DNA of 62,628 nucleotides, counting the filler, from Basidiobolus ranarum (Eukaryota): NCBI GenBank assembly GCA_040143965.1. It is 7 parts of 7 records of this genome, joined end to end, with 100 filler letters (N's around TTAATTAATTAA, not from the genome) between each part and the next. Parts side by side here need not be neighbours in the genome. Positions count along the whole stretch, not along the records: positions 17,963 to 26,833 come from JASJQH010000909.1; positions 26,934 to 35,789 come from JASJQH010000910.1; positions 35,890 to 44,741 come from JASJQH010000911.1; 4 more parts are not named here. One strand, given 5' to 3'. Numbering within the stretch: the first letter of the stretch is position 1; the number at the start of each line of letters is the position of its first letter. Below are positions 24,401 to 41,300 of this stretch, in pieces. The notes under the pieces are model-generated. The model did not search any database, was not told the DNA's origin, and worked only from the letters and a program-made list of their open reading frames with translations. The position numbers and the translations under genes are program-made.

Positions 24401-26833
24401 CAAGCAGCAGTACGATGGGATCCCTATCCATGTGTATTCTAGTACATATACGAGGTTATCCCTCATATTGGGATATTACCCGCTAATTCTATAGCAAAAT
24501 AAACTTGTTTGTAAGGCTAATCACCCCAAGGGGATCGTTGATTCATCGAACATCTCGATAAAGTATACTTAAATCGGGCTGAAAAGGATATTGCGTAACT
24601 TGCAATAAGTAATGCTACTGTAGACGTACATTTTAACCGAAGAATACTCTGATTATTCCGGTACCGAAGGAAGCACTAACAACATATGTAGACTAACTAT
24701 TCTGCTTGACTCCTGTGCTCCCAGTTTGAATCAGAAGAACTATACCCGTTGAAGTGGCCAGCTGCAACACCGTACAAGACAATAGAGTATCAATAAATAT
24801 TCCAGCTGCGCCATGTGTTCCAAACGTTCATATAAGCGAATGGGGCTTCTATACCTATTAAAAACCTGTTATCTAGAGATTGAAGAGTGTTCCTAATGAC
24901 CTTGACCATCTGGCCTAATATGCCTTCGATATAGCTACATTTAGGGCCTATTTGATCCATTGGACTCCATTCTGGCTGGTTAGTATGCAATCTCAAACTG
25001 GTGCTTCTTGTTTTTATGTTTGCTTTCAACCAATACATTGCTTGCGTTTATCATGACATCTGTAGATATTCTTCTCCAGCCTACATATACTTGGTAGGTA
25101 ATTCCTCACTGGCGCAACTCATATCTGATTCCTAGTAAGATATTTTTCCTAATAGAAGGCAGTGATTTCTCTCTAAGATTCAGTAGGATAATCACCCATT
25201 TCATCTCTGCGCCCAGGAAAGTAGCAAATTAGAGTTCCTAGCCCCCATGGCACTGACATGAAAATGACTATCCATCATCGTGCACATACTACAATTTCAA
25301 AGATTCGCATCGTTTCATGTATCAATACCGGGTTATGGCAAGTAAATTCTTGTTCAGGACCAATTTACGCGTGATCCACTTATTGGCATATGCTTACCAC
25401 CACCACAATCAACCCTTGTTGGGCCACTGTATCAGAGAATTCCTGTCCGAGGAATACTAAAGCCGTTAACATATCCAAGCCATTGACTTAATATTTACAA
25501 TAGAAGAACAATCTTACTCTTATTAACTAATTCATTTCTCATCATATTGTCAAACTAGAGATCTATGAAACGAACGATCGGTGAATCACTTTACCAACGA
25601 AACCAAGCGAACACCAATGAAACTCATTGAAAGCGGGATGATCGTACATCAGACTAAGCCACAGTACTGCATCTCCAGATTTCATTTTTATTTGGCGATA
25701 CACTGATTTACAATCATGTCTCTTGGTCTAGCGAATAGCAGCTGCATTCATCAGTGTAAACAAGCACTGACTATTTGTATGACGTTAATGGAATCCTGGT
25801 TAGATGAAAATGTCGCGGGTGAAGGGTATGCGTATATAGGGGTGATCTATGCTCGAAGTCCAGTTAAGTGCCAACACCTTCCTGAAGCTGAGAATCGCCA
25901 AGGCAATCCATTTCCTATATTGACCAGATGAAGAGCTTGCTTCCCGCACCTATATCACCATGTATCGCTTGAAACCATGTGAAGCGGAAAAGGGGCAATT
26001 TTACTTTGGGTGGATCTCTCATCGGTTTCAAACCAGATCAAATAGGTAACAGAAGGGATGTGGAGGGTCAAGTGAGACATGGGCGGCGGGACATGAACGT
26101 CGATCCAAATGGCAAGATCCCACAGTCTCTCACTCATATGACATCTCCAGATGTGTCATAGGATAGCCATTAGTACATTGACTCACCTCCACCATCCCGA
26201 TTGAAACCCACTTTCAACTCCTAAGCTTTTGGGTGATTACCTTGGCAATGATTCTTGAATCCATGAATAGAACTAAATAAGTATTAGAGTATTTATATCA
26301 ATTTCATATCAAATTAATAATCTTCTCAAGATCGGTTTCAACTCGCCTTGAAAGGTAATGTGCTATCTTGGCCGAGTGGTTTGAAATTATGGGATCCAAT
26401 TTATAATGATGGTTTAGTAAAAGGTTAGAGTAAATGATACAAACCTTTAATATGAAAGATGAATTCTACTTTTTCGTAATGTAGATATAGTAAGATCTCC
26501 AATGACGTACTAACAAACCACTATTTCACTGGGACTGGTATTAATAATACAAATGAGAGTTTAATAAATTTTATTGATATTTTGGTATTGATACCTAGGA
26601 CAAGTGTTTCGATAAACAAATGAGGAGGTGAGGGGAGGGGAAGAAATGTTGGAAGAGTACTAAAAGTAATTAAGTGTAAATGACTACATGGTAATACCCA
26701 AATTTACAAACATCCAGGTCCTTTCTCTTTCTTCAGCAATGAGTATCTCCTCTGGACGGTCCTTCATACATAAGTAAATATATCTTGGTGTATCGACATA
26801 CCCTCATTCACTCACTCTATCATCACTGTCGCT

Positions 26834-26933
26834 NNNNNNNNNNNNNNNNNNNNNNNNNNNNNNNNNNNNNNNNNNNNTTAATTAATTAANNNNNNNNNNN
26901 NNNNNNNNNNNNNNNNNNNNNNNNNNNNNNNNN
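26834..26933. other. Artificial contig linker
   Basis: N44-TTAATTAATTAA-N44. Confidence 0.99.
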
Positions 26934-26947
26934 CACTTATCTATTAT

Positions 26948-27088
26948 ATCTTATTACACAAACTCCTGAATATCTCAAACAATTGATTTACTTTTCTACT
27001 ATATAAGTCACCATATACTCTTAAGAATAAACTAACTAAAACACTATCATAAGTTGCTTCTAGTACATAAAGTCTACCCCCATTATGT
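26948..27088 (+). repeat. Interspersed repeat family B, copy 1
   Basis: Aligns by eye with 50138-50278 (AATTGA.TTACTTTTCT.CTATATAAGTC.CCATAT.CT.TTAAGAATAAA...CACTATCATAA...AAAGTCTA.CCCCA). Confidence 0.8.
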
Positions 27089-28867
27089 CAAGATCCTCCA
27101 ACAATCATAGATAAACAAATTGCAACTAAGTCATATTGTAAACATTGTGAATTTTATATCCAAGAATTGGACTTAGTGGTTCCAGCTTAGCTCAGTCTAA
27201 AATAATCAAAACTTCAAGTTGTTGAGCTGATGGAGACAATATCCTAGATAATGCAAGTGCACCACCTGTAATTTTTGAACCTATCTTGTATACAGTTTTT
27301 GGCATCTTAGTTTTCAGACCAAATTATCTAAGATAATACATATGGAAGTATAAATACTCAAAACTCTTATATTAATCTAGGATTTACCAATAACCACCAT
27401 CAAGAATTATGGAGAGGCTCTAGTAAAACAGTACTTTAATAATTTTAGATTCTTTTAGCGCAGAGCTTTGAAATACCAGAGTTGGTTATGCTTTTTTCTT
27501 AAAATAATGGCTCCACTCCATTCCAATGAAAAAATACATATACTTCATCAGTTTAATATATGATACTTCAGTGGGAGCTTTCTAGCCAGTAACGTATACT
27601 TCTAGCCTAATCCCAGAAATATACATATATGCCTCCTTGCACCTCTATAAACAGCACAAAGTGAGAATAATATATAAGCATTGAGCACATCAGGCGACCC
27701 TGGGTCCGAACTATATGCACAATGTTTATTGCTAATTCTGAGACTCGTGGATTGGGGCAAATATATTACGATAAGCAGTACAATTCATGTGGTCACCTGA
27801 CTTGCTAGTAGAAACGATAGTACTTAAATGTTTCAATTAGACAATACATTCTTAATACAGGATACATACTGGCTGGACAAGCAAGGGTTTTAAGTGCTCC
27901 AATAATATGTGTAACTGTTGCTTGCTGTTAAGGCTGCAAGTACCCATACGATGGGTGGGCAGTACATTGTTTACCATCTTCATAGGCTTTGGTGGGTTAA
28001 ATAGAGCTGATATTTGAGGCAGAAATCAAAATACTTCACGTCGAAGGAGTGAATCAGGACTATACTTTGAAATTAGGCAGCCGGAAGCCGTAACAAATCC
28101 ACTGATACACTGCAGGTGATTGAGCAAGTAGACGCATATCATTCTATTTGTGTACATGCCAATTTCTTAGTTTTATCCGGATCTTCCAACTGAGTGGAGA
28201 GAGGCACATTTGTTTGTGTATATACCACGGAAACTGTAAGGTTGCCAGCGACAACAAAGGGTATCTTGATGCATTCAAGTAAAGCAAGCGCTTGGATCGC
28301 TGCAGTGGATTCCATAGCTACGTGATAAGACATGAAGTACTACTTAAAAGCATCCAAGTGTACTTCAATTTGCAGTGTTGCAAAGGAAATGTGAGATCAT
28401 TGTGAAACGGTCTTAATCACAGCAAATAATCTGGTGATCGCCCTAGGGATCTTGATTTCCTTCCCAATAATATCTGATTTGAGAGTATCGTCAGTGATGC
28501 CGATGTTAATCCATAGTCACTAGTCACCTTAAAGGCATTGCCTACTTGAATTGGATCGAGTTGGTCTAGCGATTGGCTGTTAAATGGCAAAGGTGCAACA
28601 TAAAGCCATATCCTGATTCAATCAGGTGATGCTTGGTTATGTATATCTGTATGTCAAGAAAAAAAGTGACATCGTGTTGGGAATGTGTACAATCATGGAT
28701 GTCAATGGGGCAGGTTGCTCGATCCAATTTAACATCCTCCCCTTGACTAATGCTATATTCAGTTCTTTTTATTCCGCAAACCCTCCTTTCTCATCCTTAT
28801 TCTCCTGCTACCACTACGGAAGCATACTTACCTAAAGACCGTATTTTTTGAACAAACCTTCTCCACA

Positions 28868-29900
28868 ATGTCTACTCGCAAGAAGGTTCTATTAAAGGTT
28901 GAGCTCTTCACACCCTCAAGTGGATATCAGTTCCCTTTCAATATACAAAACTAAAGTCATTTCTTTATATTCAATAAGGTCATCATTTTGGGTGATAGTG
29001 GGTTTGTGATATTTCCAAAAAGTAGAAGTCTCACTAACAACACTCTAATGTATTCTTCAACCTCATAGTGTTGGAAAAACTTCACTCATGAACCAATATG
29101 TTAACAAGAAGTTCACAAATCAATACAAAGCTACCATTGGCGCTGATTTTCTAACCAAAGAAGTTATGGTGGATGATAAATTGGTCACTATGCAGGTAGT
29201 TATATTCACCCTTATGACTGAAGGATCCCTCCTTGAATCTTCATTCTGATGATCTTTCTAGATTTGGGATACTGCTGGTCAAGAGCGTTTCCAAAGCCTG
29301 GGAGTTGCATTTTATCGTGGAGCTGATTGCTGCGTTCTATGCTTCGATGTTAATAATGCGAAGAGTTTCGAAACTTTAGATAGTTGGAGAGACGAATTTC
29401 TTATCCATGCTAGCCCCAGGGATCCTGAGAATTTCCCCTTTGTTGTTCTCGGTAATAAAATTGATGTTGAAGAGACTAAGAGAATGGTATGTCGAGGACA
29501 CATAGATGGATAATCGAAGATATTCTATTGATACTTCTCTTTTGTAGATATCTCAAAAACGTGCTATGACTTGGTGTCAGTCCAAGGGCAATATACCTTA
29601 CTTTGAGACTTCAGCTAAAGAAGCCATTAATGTAGAGCAAGCCTTCCAGACTATTGCTAGAAATGCGCTGCAGCAAGAAGCTGATGTTGAACTGTAATTT
29701 AAGGCTCTCTCGTATCAGTCATTACCAAGAAAACTAACATTTGATTGCATTTGTAGTTACACGTAAATATACCTTACACCTAACAAATGGTAAGAACTTT
29801 GGCAAGTTCGTTGACTAACATTCTTATCCAATTTAGTGATTTCCCTGATCCTATCAGAATCGATAGTGATGTCCCTAAAGACTATGGCTGTGCTTGTTGA
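28868..29900 (+). CDS. YPT7: Rab7/Ypt7 GTPase; exons 28868-28897, 28979-29001, 29069-29195, 29262-29486, 29548-29693, 29757-29762 (6-nt microexon), 29837-29900
   Basis: [70 protein letters not shown] and a C-terminal CAC prenylation motif. Confidence 0.97.
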
Positions 29901-30575
29901 ACGTACGAATGTATCGTGGTCTCCAGTCTCAACATTGCACTTTTATGATACTTCTCCCTCCCCTCCCACCCCCGATCGGGTAGTTTATATGTCAACAGAA
30001 TATTCTCTTGACTCTAGCAACATTTTGTAGGCGAAAGTTCTGATTTTCTTTATTCGATGGCCTATTATTCACTTCAGATTTGATTGGCCTTGCTATCTAA
30101 GTCTTTTAAGTTCCATTCCTTTTTTACTAACATAAATAAGAAAGTTTTATTAATTACTTTAATTCTCGGTCTGTTAGAGATTACTTTCGTTCTTCACCTA
30201 TGAGTCTTTCCTCCCTAGCAAAGCCATCAATAAATTTACAGACGAGGAAAGTGGAAACACCATTTATCACGTGACCATGGTACATGGTAAGTGGCGGAAA
30301 TAGTTGTATCTGGAGAGACGAAATATGATGCTCGAAGTAACGGTGAAGACCCTTAGAGACTGGGGATTTTTCACCATTGAATAAGTATTCCTTATCCCTT
30401 GCCCTCACCGGTTGGTCAGTGCTGTCTAAAAGAAACAGGAGATGAAAAGTGATCACAATAGATATTAATGCGTACATGGTGGTATAGTGTTTTATTAGCG
30501 ATAGAACTTGATATCCTTCAACTTATCTAAGTTGGATTAATATTGGTTTGAGTAAGCGAATTTTGGTCAGTCGAA

Positions 30576-31812
<1,237 letters not shown>

Positions 31813-32775
31813 ATCTTTATGTTGACTTTCTAAAGCTCACTAACCAAATTGGTTCAGAAGAGTAATTCGACTTTGTGTGAAATGTTTATGCACCAACGAG
31901 ATGGTTTTAAAAGAAATCTAAAATCATGGAGAATAAAGGAGGTCATTTGGTAAGGTTTAATTTAGCACCCAATTATGGAATCTCTGCTGGTCGATAACTT
32001 GAACATCATTTCAAAGTATCTCGGACGATTCATCCTTGACGTCACTCATCACGAATGTCCAATGAAGGAAACTGACAACTAGGTGTGCCAAAACCGGAGC
32101 CGAAAGTGGACCCAAATGGGCTCGCCAATCAGATGAGCCTTCATCAAGGATCTAATTTATCTACCCATCAAAGGGATTGAATTCAATTTGATGCATGTTC
32201 AAAGGCTAATCCTTATTTCATTCCCTTGCCATATACATCCAACTGAACGATTTATAGAATGTATGACCATATCACTTCCTATTCCACGAAATTCATTACA
32301 CACTTATTAGGTAAGATACTGATGAACACCAACCATGAGCCCACCCGTGGAGATGGAGTGAAAAGTGATCCACTTGGCCTATTCCAAAGGATGGATTTAA
32401 TACTTGAACAGGTGCTAGAAGAGAGCTTGCTAGCTACATGGGTATCTCGAATGAGTTCAATTCAGGAGACGAGAGATGGGTTGAAAATTGGCTTATTGTG
32501 TTTATCTTGGATCTCTTGTGACAGGGTATATGGGTTAGCGATTTAGAGTGCTGGAGATACTTGGCGGTAAGGATAAGGGGATAGTATGTTCGACTGTTGG
32601 GATAATAGTCTAGGTTTGAGGATGAAGAGAAAGTGAAACTAGTACACTTTGCAGTGGAGGAGTGAGTGAACTATTCTGGATCAAAAATAAACTTGTAAAA
32701 TGAAAGATGTGGGATGGCGTGAGTGGGATGGAGACCAAAAGATATGGACCCATATGCTCAACGAAATACATGTGC

Positions 32776-33794
<1,019 letters not shown>

Positions 33795-35789
33795 GACAAA
33801 GCTTTAACTACAAAGAAATGCTTGGAAGATTGAGTATGAAGAGCTGAGCTCTAGGGCAATTAAGGGCGAGGGCAAGGTATGTGGGAATGAGGAATAATGC
33901 AAAATGAGAGCTGTGTGAATCCTAAAAAATCACCTAGTTCATGATGAAATTCTACAACTTGTTTGTTGGTTCAATTAATCCAGTTCCCCAAATTGGAAGT
34001 ATTTGAAATTAGTAGCCAACATTCAGAGCTTGATTCGCCCTAGACCATTTAAATGGTGCATGGTGAATAGTGATTTATCAGATTTGCTCAAGAAGCTGTT
34101 TACCTATCTTTTATCAGCTTCAGAATAGAAATAGGTTCTGGTATACTGATCAGGTATGGGATCCGGTGCTTCGACAGTGCGCCTTTTGGATATGCACTAG
34201 TATTTTTGATGGCACAGCATTTCTTCCAAGCCACATGCTCATATACGGAGCCGATGTGGACGAAGCGCTAAGAATCAGAAAGCATTATCTTATCGCCTCA
34301 AAGGAGGCTGTCCATTTATTTAAGGCAATGCTTCAAAAAGAGGTGTTCCATAGCATATCCGAATATTGAATCAATCCACTGCAGAGCATCAGACCTATAC
34401 AGTCAGTGGTCTCAGAGTCATCAACCCAAGCCATTTCATGACCATTATTGTGCCAGTAATGCATAGCAGATATAGGTCGATGAGAGCGAAATGCCTGCTT
34501 TTACAACAAATGCTACGTTAGAAAATACCTGGTATTGGACGGAAGGTCTTCTTGATGCGTCATGGTTAGGATACTTCATACAGTTCAAATCATTCTGGTT
34601 TCATACGAGCTGATAGGTATTCTCAGCCCCATTCGCATCTACTACATAGTAGCAGCTCTGTATCCACTTCTCGTCCTCTATTCACTCTTGTGGGATGGAT
34701 GGGGCCAACGCAGCTATCTCATTCTTGTGCCAAAATAGACTGCTGTAGAGGGGTGTTATAAGGCCTTTATCACATGACTGCACTTCAATCCAGTGATATA
34801 AAGTGCAGACACCCTATTTGTCGATGATGGTTTGCAGTGAGCACTGATAAGGAAAACCATACACCAAACGTCACAAGAGGTGACCTAATAAATGAACAGG
34901 CATTCAGCAGCTTCTATCTGTCTGAATAGCCCTCAGTTCTAGCACAAGTGAGATTATGACTAGGCCAATGCTCCACAGCCCTGCGATACTCATCCAAGGG
35001 TACTGGTTGAAGATACTCAGGCTAGATGCTATGGCCGATCACATGTACGATACAGGGAGCGGGCGCTGTAAATGGTTTAATTGGGCACTTGGATACACTT
35101 AGGGTTAGGTAAGTCGTGATACTTGGATGTCTCGACAAGATATGGCATCACACCTGAAATACCAGCATATCGATGGCTGTGAAATCAAATATGATGACAA
35201 GAATCTGCCAAATCATATCCACTACCGCTGATATATAAGGAAAAGGTTGTCTCAACACTTCCCAAAGTTATGAAACCATCTATTCTGATTGACAGCATCG
35301 CCAGGCAAATCAGATTGAAACTCGACCAAGTTGAACATGTAGTCCTCTAGATATGCCCAAGTGTGGCTTCCAAGCCATTAACATACAGATTTAATTTAAC
35401 ATCACCAAAGCCCTTGGCTTATCACTGGCCAACTTCACACGGTAAATGAGACAGCCAAAATATCACTTATATGTTTGGCCTAAGCTTGTCGATAATTACC
35501 CCATTTCAAAAATATGGATGCTTTATTGGGCGACCATTCGACAACGTTGGAGCGTCTCAGTGTTTTGGCGTATATCGAACAAATTATCCCATGACTAAAA
35601 GATGGGATTCCTCTGTATGGGAAAGCGTGGCGAAGTGGTAAATTTGCCTCCGATAGTGAATCCAACCATTGTGCTTTCATGAGAAAGCTAATTGGATAGA
35701 GCCTACAACATGCCTAGTCAAATTAAAGAAAGGTGGACCTGGGTCTATTCAGATCCCGCCGACTTGCTGGTCCTTCGAGTTAAATAAAT

Positions 35790-35889
35790 NNNNNNNNNNN
35801 NNNNNNNNNNNNNNNNNNNNNNNNNNNNNNNNNTTAATTAATTAANNNNNNNNNNNNNNNNNNNNNNNNNNNNNNNNNNNNNNNNNNNN
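35790..35889. other. Artificial contig linker
   Basis: N44-TTAATTAATTAA-N44. Confidence 0.99.
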
Positions 35890-37409
35890 TGTGGTAGTTA
35901 ACTGGGCTGCTGTGACGCTCATTAGTCGTGCCATCTCAGCCAAATTCGTGAGTAAATTATTTTTCGACGCCAAACAAATCCGCGACCCTACCGTAAGATT
36001 CACAAAGAAGTCTAGAATGGATGCGTCGAAAGTGTAGTTGGAGAACTGCAAGTAGCGATCATCTTCACGAAGATTTAAAATATTTTGGTGGGCGTTTATG
36101 TAATTTACTGCTGCCCTATGCTCTATCATTACACCTTTTGGTACTCCCGTTGATCCCGATGTAAATATTAAATAACAGAGATTGGTGGAGATTAACCGAG
36201 GGATCACAGGATTAGTTTCCGGGCTTCTTGCGAACTGATCGTCAATAGTGCTCTCTATCAGGATTAATTGCGGATTTGAGCATTCGTCAAAAACATTCAT
36301 CAAATCCCTTGTAGTTAGACAAATAGTGGCCTTGGTTTCATTAACAATGAAAGATATGCGCTCCTTTGGATATTCTGGATCAAGAGGGACATAAGCACCA
36401 CCAGCTTTGAGTATTGCCAGAAGGACGATTAGCATGTTGATGGACTTCTCGAAACAGACGGGCACAATTGTTTCCGGGCCCACCCCAAGATTGATTAGAT
36501 GATGAGCCAGTCTGTTAGAACGCAAGTTCAGTTGAGAATAAGTGACCATTTCTTTGTCCTCGAATTGGAGAGCAATGGCGCTCGGGGATTTTTCCACCTG
36601 CCTCTCAAAGAGATGATGTATACAGGACTCATCTAGCAACTCGTTATAATCGTCTTTTTGTAGTTGCCATGTGCGTAGGAAAAGTGATCTTTCTTCTTCA
36701 GGAGTCCAATTCAAGGAATTTAGAGGCATATCAAGGTTTGCGATCAAGCTTCTAGCAATGTGAACAAATTGGTTAGCTAGATGTTGGCCTTGGTCTTGTT
36801 CAAAATAGGCGCTGGAGAAGTTAAGTTGTACGTTGAGATACCCTTCGTCCAACCAAATTATGGCATAGACAGCCAGCTAGAAGAGATTGCTAGGTATTAG
36901 TAAGTTAAATATGTATGATTCTTGATAGAACCGTGTACCTGTGGGCGCTTTTCCAGGTTGGCGAGAGGGTCTTTATCAGCGAAAAAAATGGATGTATTGA
37001 ATTGATGGCAATGATTACCAATGCATGTTGTTTTCTGCTTGTCGACATTAACGAACGATATATCAGATAATTGCTGAAGCCATTCAGCAACAGAGAGCCT
37101 TTCTCTATTTCCATCGAAAGTCGATTGGAATACCTGCAAATCCTCAAGATCTACAATAGATTCGCCATTATTGGTAGCAAAGGCACAATCCGAATTTCTG
37201 GTATACAAATTTAGTATGACAGCCCAAACGGCATGAACCAATGTCACCTCGGCCTTCGGCAGACGTTTCAGAGCACCATGTGCATAGAGTTGATCAAGAG
37301 ATATGGTATTTTTCCGAGCAACAATGAAAGCATGGTTCTCTTGATTCTCAGAACCTTCAACAGATGTTAGTGCTGGGAAAAGGCATACGTTGGCCGATTG
37401 AGTATTCAT
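35890..37409 (-). CDS. Non-ribosomal peptide synthetase, 5' part (truncated C-like region plus first adenylation domain); exons 37409-36939 and 36876-contig end
   Basis: A-domain motifs TYSQL (A1), LKAGGAYVPLD (A2), LCYLIFTSGSTGVPKG (A3) and FDAS (A4). The N-terminal AVWAVILNLYT segment is condensation-like. One GT-AG intron joins the two ORFs in frame. Confidence 0.93.
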
Positions 37410-38332
37410 GCTAAATGATATTGGTCTTGATTCATAGCTACGACTACATTGATGGTTTTATATGTAAGGTTGGACATATGTAACCAAAGTTCCCCACGTT
37501 TGCGCCCCATCTTTCCTGTAAGCTACAGAAAGAGAACTCCGCTCGTTAAATTCGTGCGACTCTGGGAATTGATAAAAGTTGTCTTTTCTAGCTACATTGT
37601 GGTTGTACATGTATGTACATCCAGCAGAGAAGATATAATCACAACATGAAGGCGAATTAAAACACATAAAGTAGTAGGAATCACAATCAAGGCTTAATGA
37701 AATATCTCATCGCCGTGCAACCTATGTGAGAGCAACGTTTTAGGACATTTGCACAAATTTCATCTGGGGCCAGTATTAATACATACTCTGCCGAAATAGC
37801 TCTGGCAATGGGCTGATGCGATACAAAATCTAAAGTATTGCCCAATTTGGTTTAATGGAATTACAAAAACCTGGTGATAAACAAGCTTAGACGTTAGTGA
37901 GGCGTCAAATCCAGAGATTGATTCACCCACGCTGTTTACAATGCAACATGCGGTTCTATTCTGGGATACCAATGGTAGCAGGATAAGTATCAATTGTTAT
38001 CATCCAATGAGACATAAATATTGCGGTGACTCGACGTTGTGTGCGGCAGGCACAATTGGAAACGAGCTTTATTGGTACCTTTTCACTCTAGGGTTAGGGG
38101 TTTGGGCTATGCTGGTTTGATCAAAATCACCACAGCCCGACGGATATCGCAACGATTGACATTGATGTGCCACATGAAGTCATACCGAGGAACGTCTCCA
38201 TTCATTAATTCGTGGTCCACATGTGTGATTGAAGTTATTTATTCCCATACTCTACACATGCGATCCAGAAAAGTTGTATAAATTGGTAGATTCCCAATTG
38301 ATGGATCCAATTTCACTTTTACACTTCGAACA
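37410..38332. promoter_or_regulatory. Divergent promoter shared by NRPS and ABCB; contains several GATA elements, including near-palindromic GGATAAGTATCAATTGTTATCATCC at 37981-38005
   Basis: Head-to-head gene arrangement. The motifs are seen directly; their function is inferred. Confidence 0.5.
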
Positions 38333-41300
38333 ATGGCGGAGGCGAAGAAAAGCAAGTCTTCTTTCTTTAAATCAGACAATGCCACTCCCGATGACATGCC
38401 GAGCACAAAGGAAGTGAGCAAGCGTATTGGTATTTTTGAGTTATTCCGCTACTCTTCTCCAATGGATTGGTTTCTTATCGCTGTGGCTTTTATCTGTAGT
38501 GCTGCTTCCGGAGCAATATTGCCACTAATGACTGTGGTCTTTTCGCAATCACTTCAAACTTTTACCGATTTCGACCCCTCGGGATCTGCAAACGATTTCA
38601 ATTCAGCCATCGTAAAGAATATCGTTAACTTTACTATTCTTGGTGTGGTAGCATTCATATTTTCCTATGGCCAAACCGCTTTATGGGCGATCACTGGTGA
38701 GCGTCAATGTTTGCGAATTCGTGAACTTTACTATGCCTCTATTCTTCGTCAAGAGATTAGTTGGTTTGACTTCGTTCCCGGTGGGGACCTCACGAGTCGC
38801 ATATCAGGGGATGTAGCTGTTATACAAGAGGGGATTTCTCAAAAGATTGGGCTTCTCATTCAAAACTTGACTACCTTTATTGGTGGATTTGTGTTGGCTT
38901 TTGTGAAAGGATGGAAGATGGCATTGGTCCTTCTCTCTGCTCTTCCACTACTTGCTGCTGTGGGTGGTCTGATGTCTCGCTTAGCTGCTCGAAACACTAC
39001 TGAGGGACAGGGAGCTTATGCAAGTGCGGGTGCTGTCGCCGATGAAGTCCTTTCCTCCATTAAAACGGTTAGTGCTTTCGGTGGTCAAACACGAGAAATC
39101 CTCCGGTATAACTCCAAACTTGCTATTGCCGAAAAAGCTGGAGTAAAGCGGGGTATATTCGAAGGCCTTGGTACTGGTCTGATGATGGTGGTTATCTTTT
39201 TTACTTATGCTCTGGGATTTTGGTATGGTTCTCGGTTGATATTAGACGGCGTCATGAATTCAGGCGAAGTAATAAACGTCTTCCTCTCTCTCATACTTGG
39301 AGCAATGTCCCTTGGTACATCTTCTCCATATGTTAGTTCCATCAGTGCTGCTCAAGGTGCAGCTTCTAAGGTCTATGAGATCATTGAGCGTGAGTCCAAG
39401 ATTGATTCCTCGTCAGAAGAAGGCATACGCCTGATTGATCCGAACTCCGAAGGCAAGGATTCTTTAAAAGGATTTATTGAGTTCCGTAATGTGGACTTCA
39501 CTTATCCTAGTCGGCCAGATGTACCCATCCTTAAAGATTTCAATCTGCAAATCAAACCAGGTCAGACAGTGGCGCTTGTAGGATCCAGTGGTAGCGGCAA
39601 GAGCACCTGCGTACACCTACTTGAGCGTTTTTATGATCCTAACGCTGGGTCCGTACTTAATGATGGTGTTGATATCAGGGAGTTTAATATTAAAGATCTA
39701 CGCAGAAATGTTGGCCTGGTAGGGCAAGAGCCAGTATTATTTGGCACCAGTATCTATGAAAATATTATGTGGGGAAGTAAGAACGATGATGTCATTCCCA
39801 CACCTGAAGAAATTGAACAAGCCTGTATACTGGCAAATGCCCATGAGGTTATCTCCGCTCTTCCTGAGAAATACGACACTCTAGTAGGAGAAAAGGGTGC
39901 TCTTCTCTCGGGTGGTCAGAAACAACGAATTGCCATCGCACGAGCTTTGATTAAAAACCCTAAGATTCTCTTGTTAGATGAAGCCACCAGTGCGTTAGAC
40001 ACAGAGTCCGAAGGGATTGTACAAGATGCTCTAGATAAAGCTGCTGAGAACAGGACCACTATAGTAATTGCACATCGACTCTCAACTATCAAAAATGCCG
40101 ACTTGATTGTCGTCATGAGCCAGGGAGTAATGGTGGAGTCTGGTACTCACTCCGATTTGATTGCTCAGAACGGTGTTTATGCCGGTCTCGTCAGATCGCA
40201 GGAGCTCAAAAGGGTGGACGTGCCGACTGACCCGAAACTACAGGATGAGGTTGAATGCATCGATAAGGAGGAGCCTACACCGAGCGTAGTTGATGACGAC
40301 ACTATGTTAGGTGATGTCCAATTGAATGCGATTACTAAGATGGCAAGTCGTCTATCGCATTACAGTTATGATACGAGTATATCCGATGAGAAGAAGGATC
40401 CTGAAGAGAAGGTGAAGAAATCCTTTTCATTCCTACGCGTGCTCAAGTTGAATATGCCTGAATGGCACTTACTTTTGGTGGGAACGATTGGGTCAGCGGT
40501 AGATGGAGTGATCATGCCACTTTTCTCGGTCATTTTCAGCTCTATCATTGGAGCATTGAGTAAACAAGGTGATGAACTTAAGAAGGATGCCGACTTTTGG
40601 TCTCTCATGTTCGTAGTATTAGGTATAGCTTCGTTTCTTTCAGCGTTTGCTAAAGTAGCTTTCTTCGCCATTGCTGGAGAGCGGTTTACCAGACGTTTAA
40701 GAAGCATAAGCTTTGTTGCATATCTTCGCCAGGAAGTAGGATTTTTCGATGATAAAGCGAATGGTACCGGTGTACTTACTTCCAAATTATCCACTGAGGC
40801 CCAAATGGTACAACAGCTTACAGGTAGACTAGCAGGAGGCATTCTACAGGCCATAGTCGGTCTTCTCACTGGATTGATTCTCGCATTTTCTCATGGATGG
40901 AAATTGACTCTAGTGGTCTTAGCATGTGTTCCTATTCTTGCTATTGCCTCCACACTTCAAATGAAATCGCTCATGGGATCCAACGATAAAACCAAAAAGG
41001 CATATGAGCAAGCGGCACAAATCGCATTCGAGAGTGTTGAAAATATGCGCACGGTCGCATCTCTTGCACGCGAAGATACATTCAAACGACTCTATCATGA
41101 ACGTAACACGCCGGCTCATCAAACGGCGATTCGAGGTGCCGTGATGTCATCTTTAGGAACTGGTTTCTCCAGTGGCTGTATATACCTAGTTTATTCACTC
41201 ACCTTCTGGTACGGCTCACGTCTTATCTTAAACCGAGAATACGATGTAGCAGAGATGATGCAAGTGATGTTTGCTGTTATATTTTCAGCTGCTAGTGTTA

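Noticed and set aside
26362-26400. tRNA-Ser/Leu-like TTGGCCGAGTGGTT
   Set aside because: Only a D-arm-like fragment; no anticodon or T arm follows.
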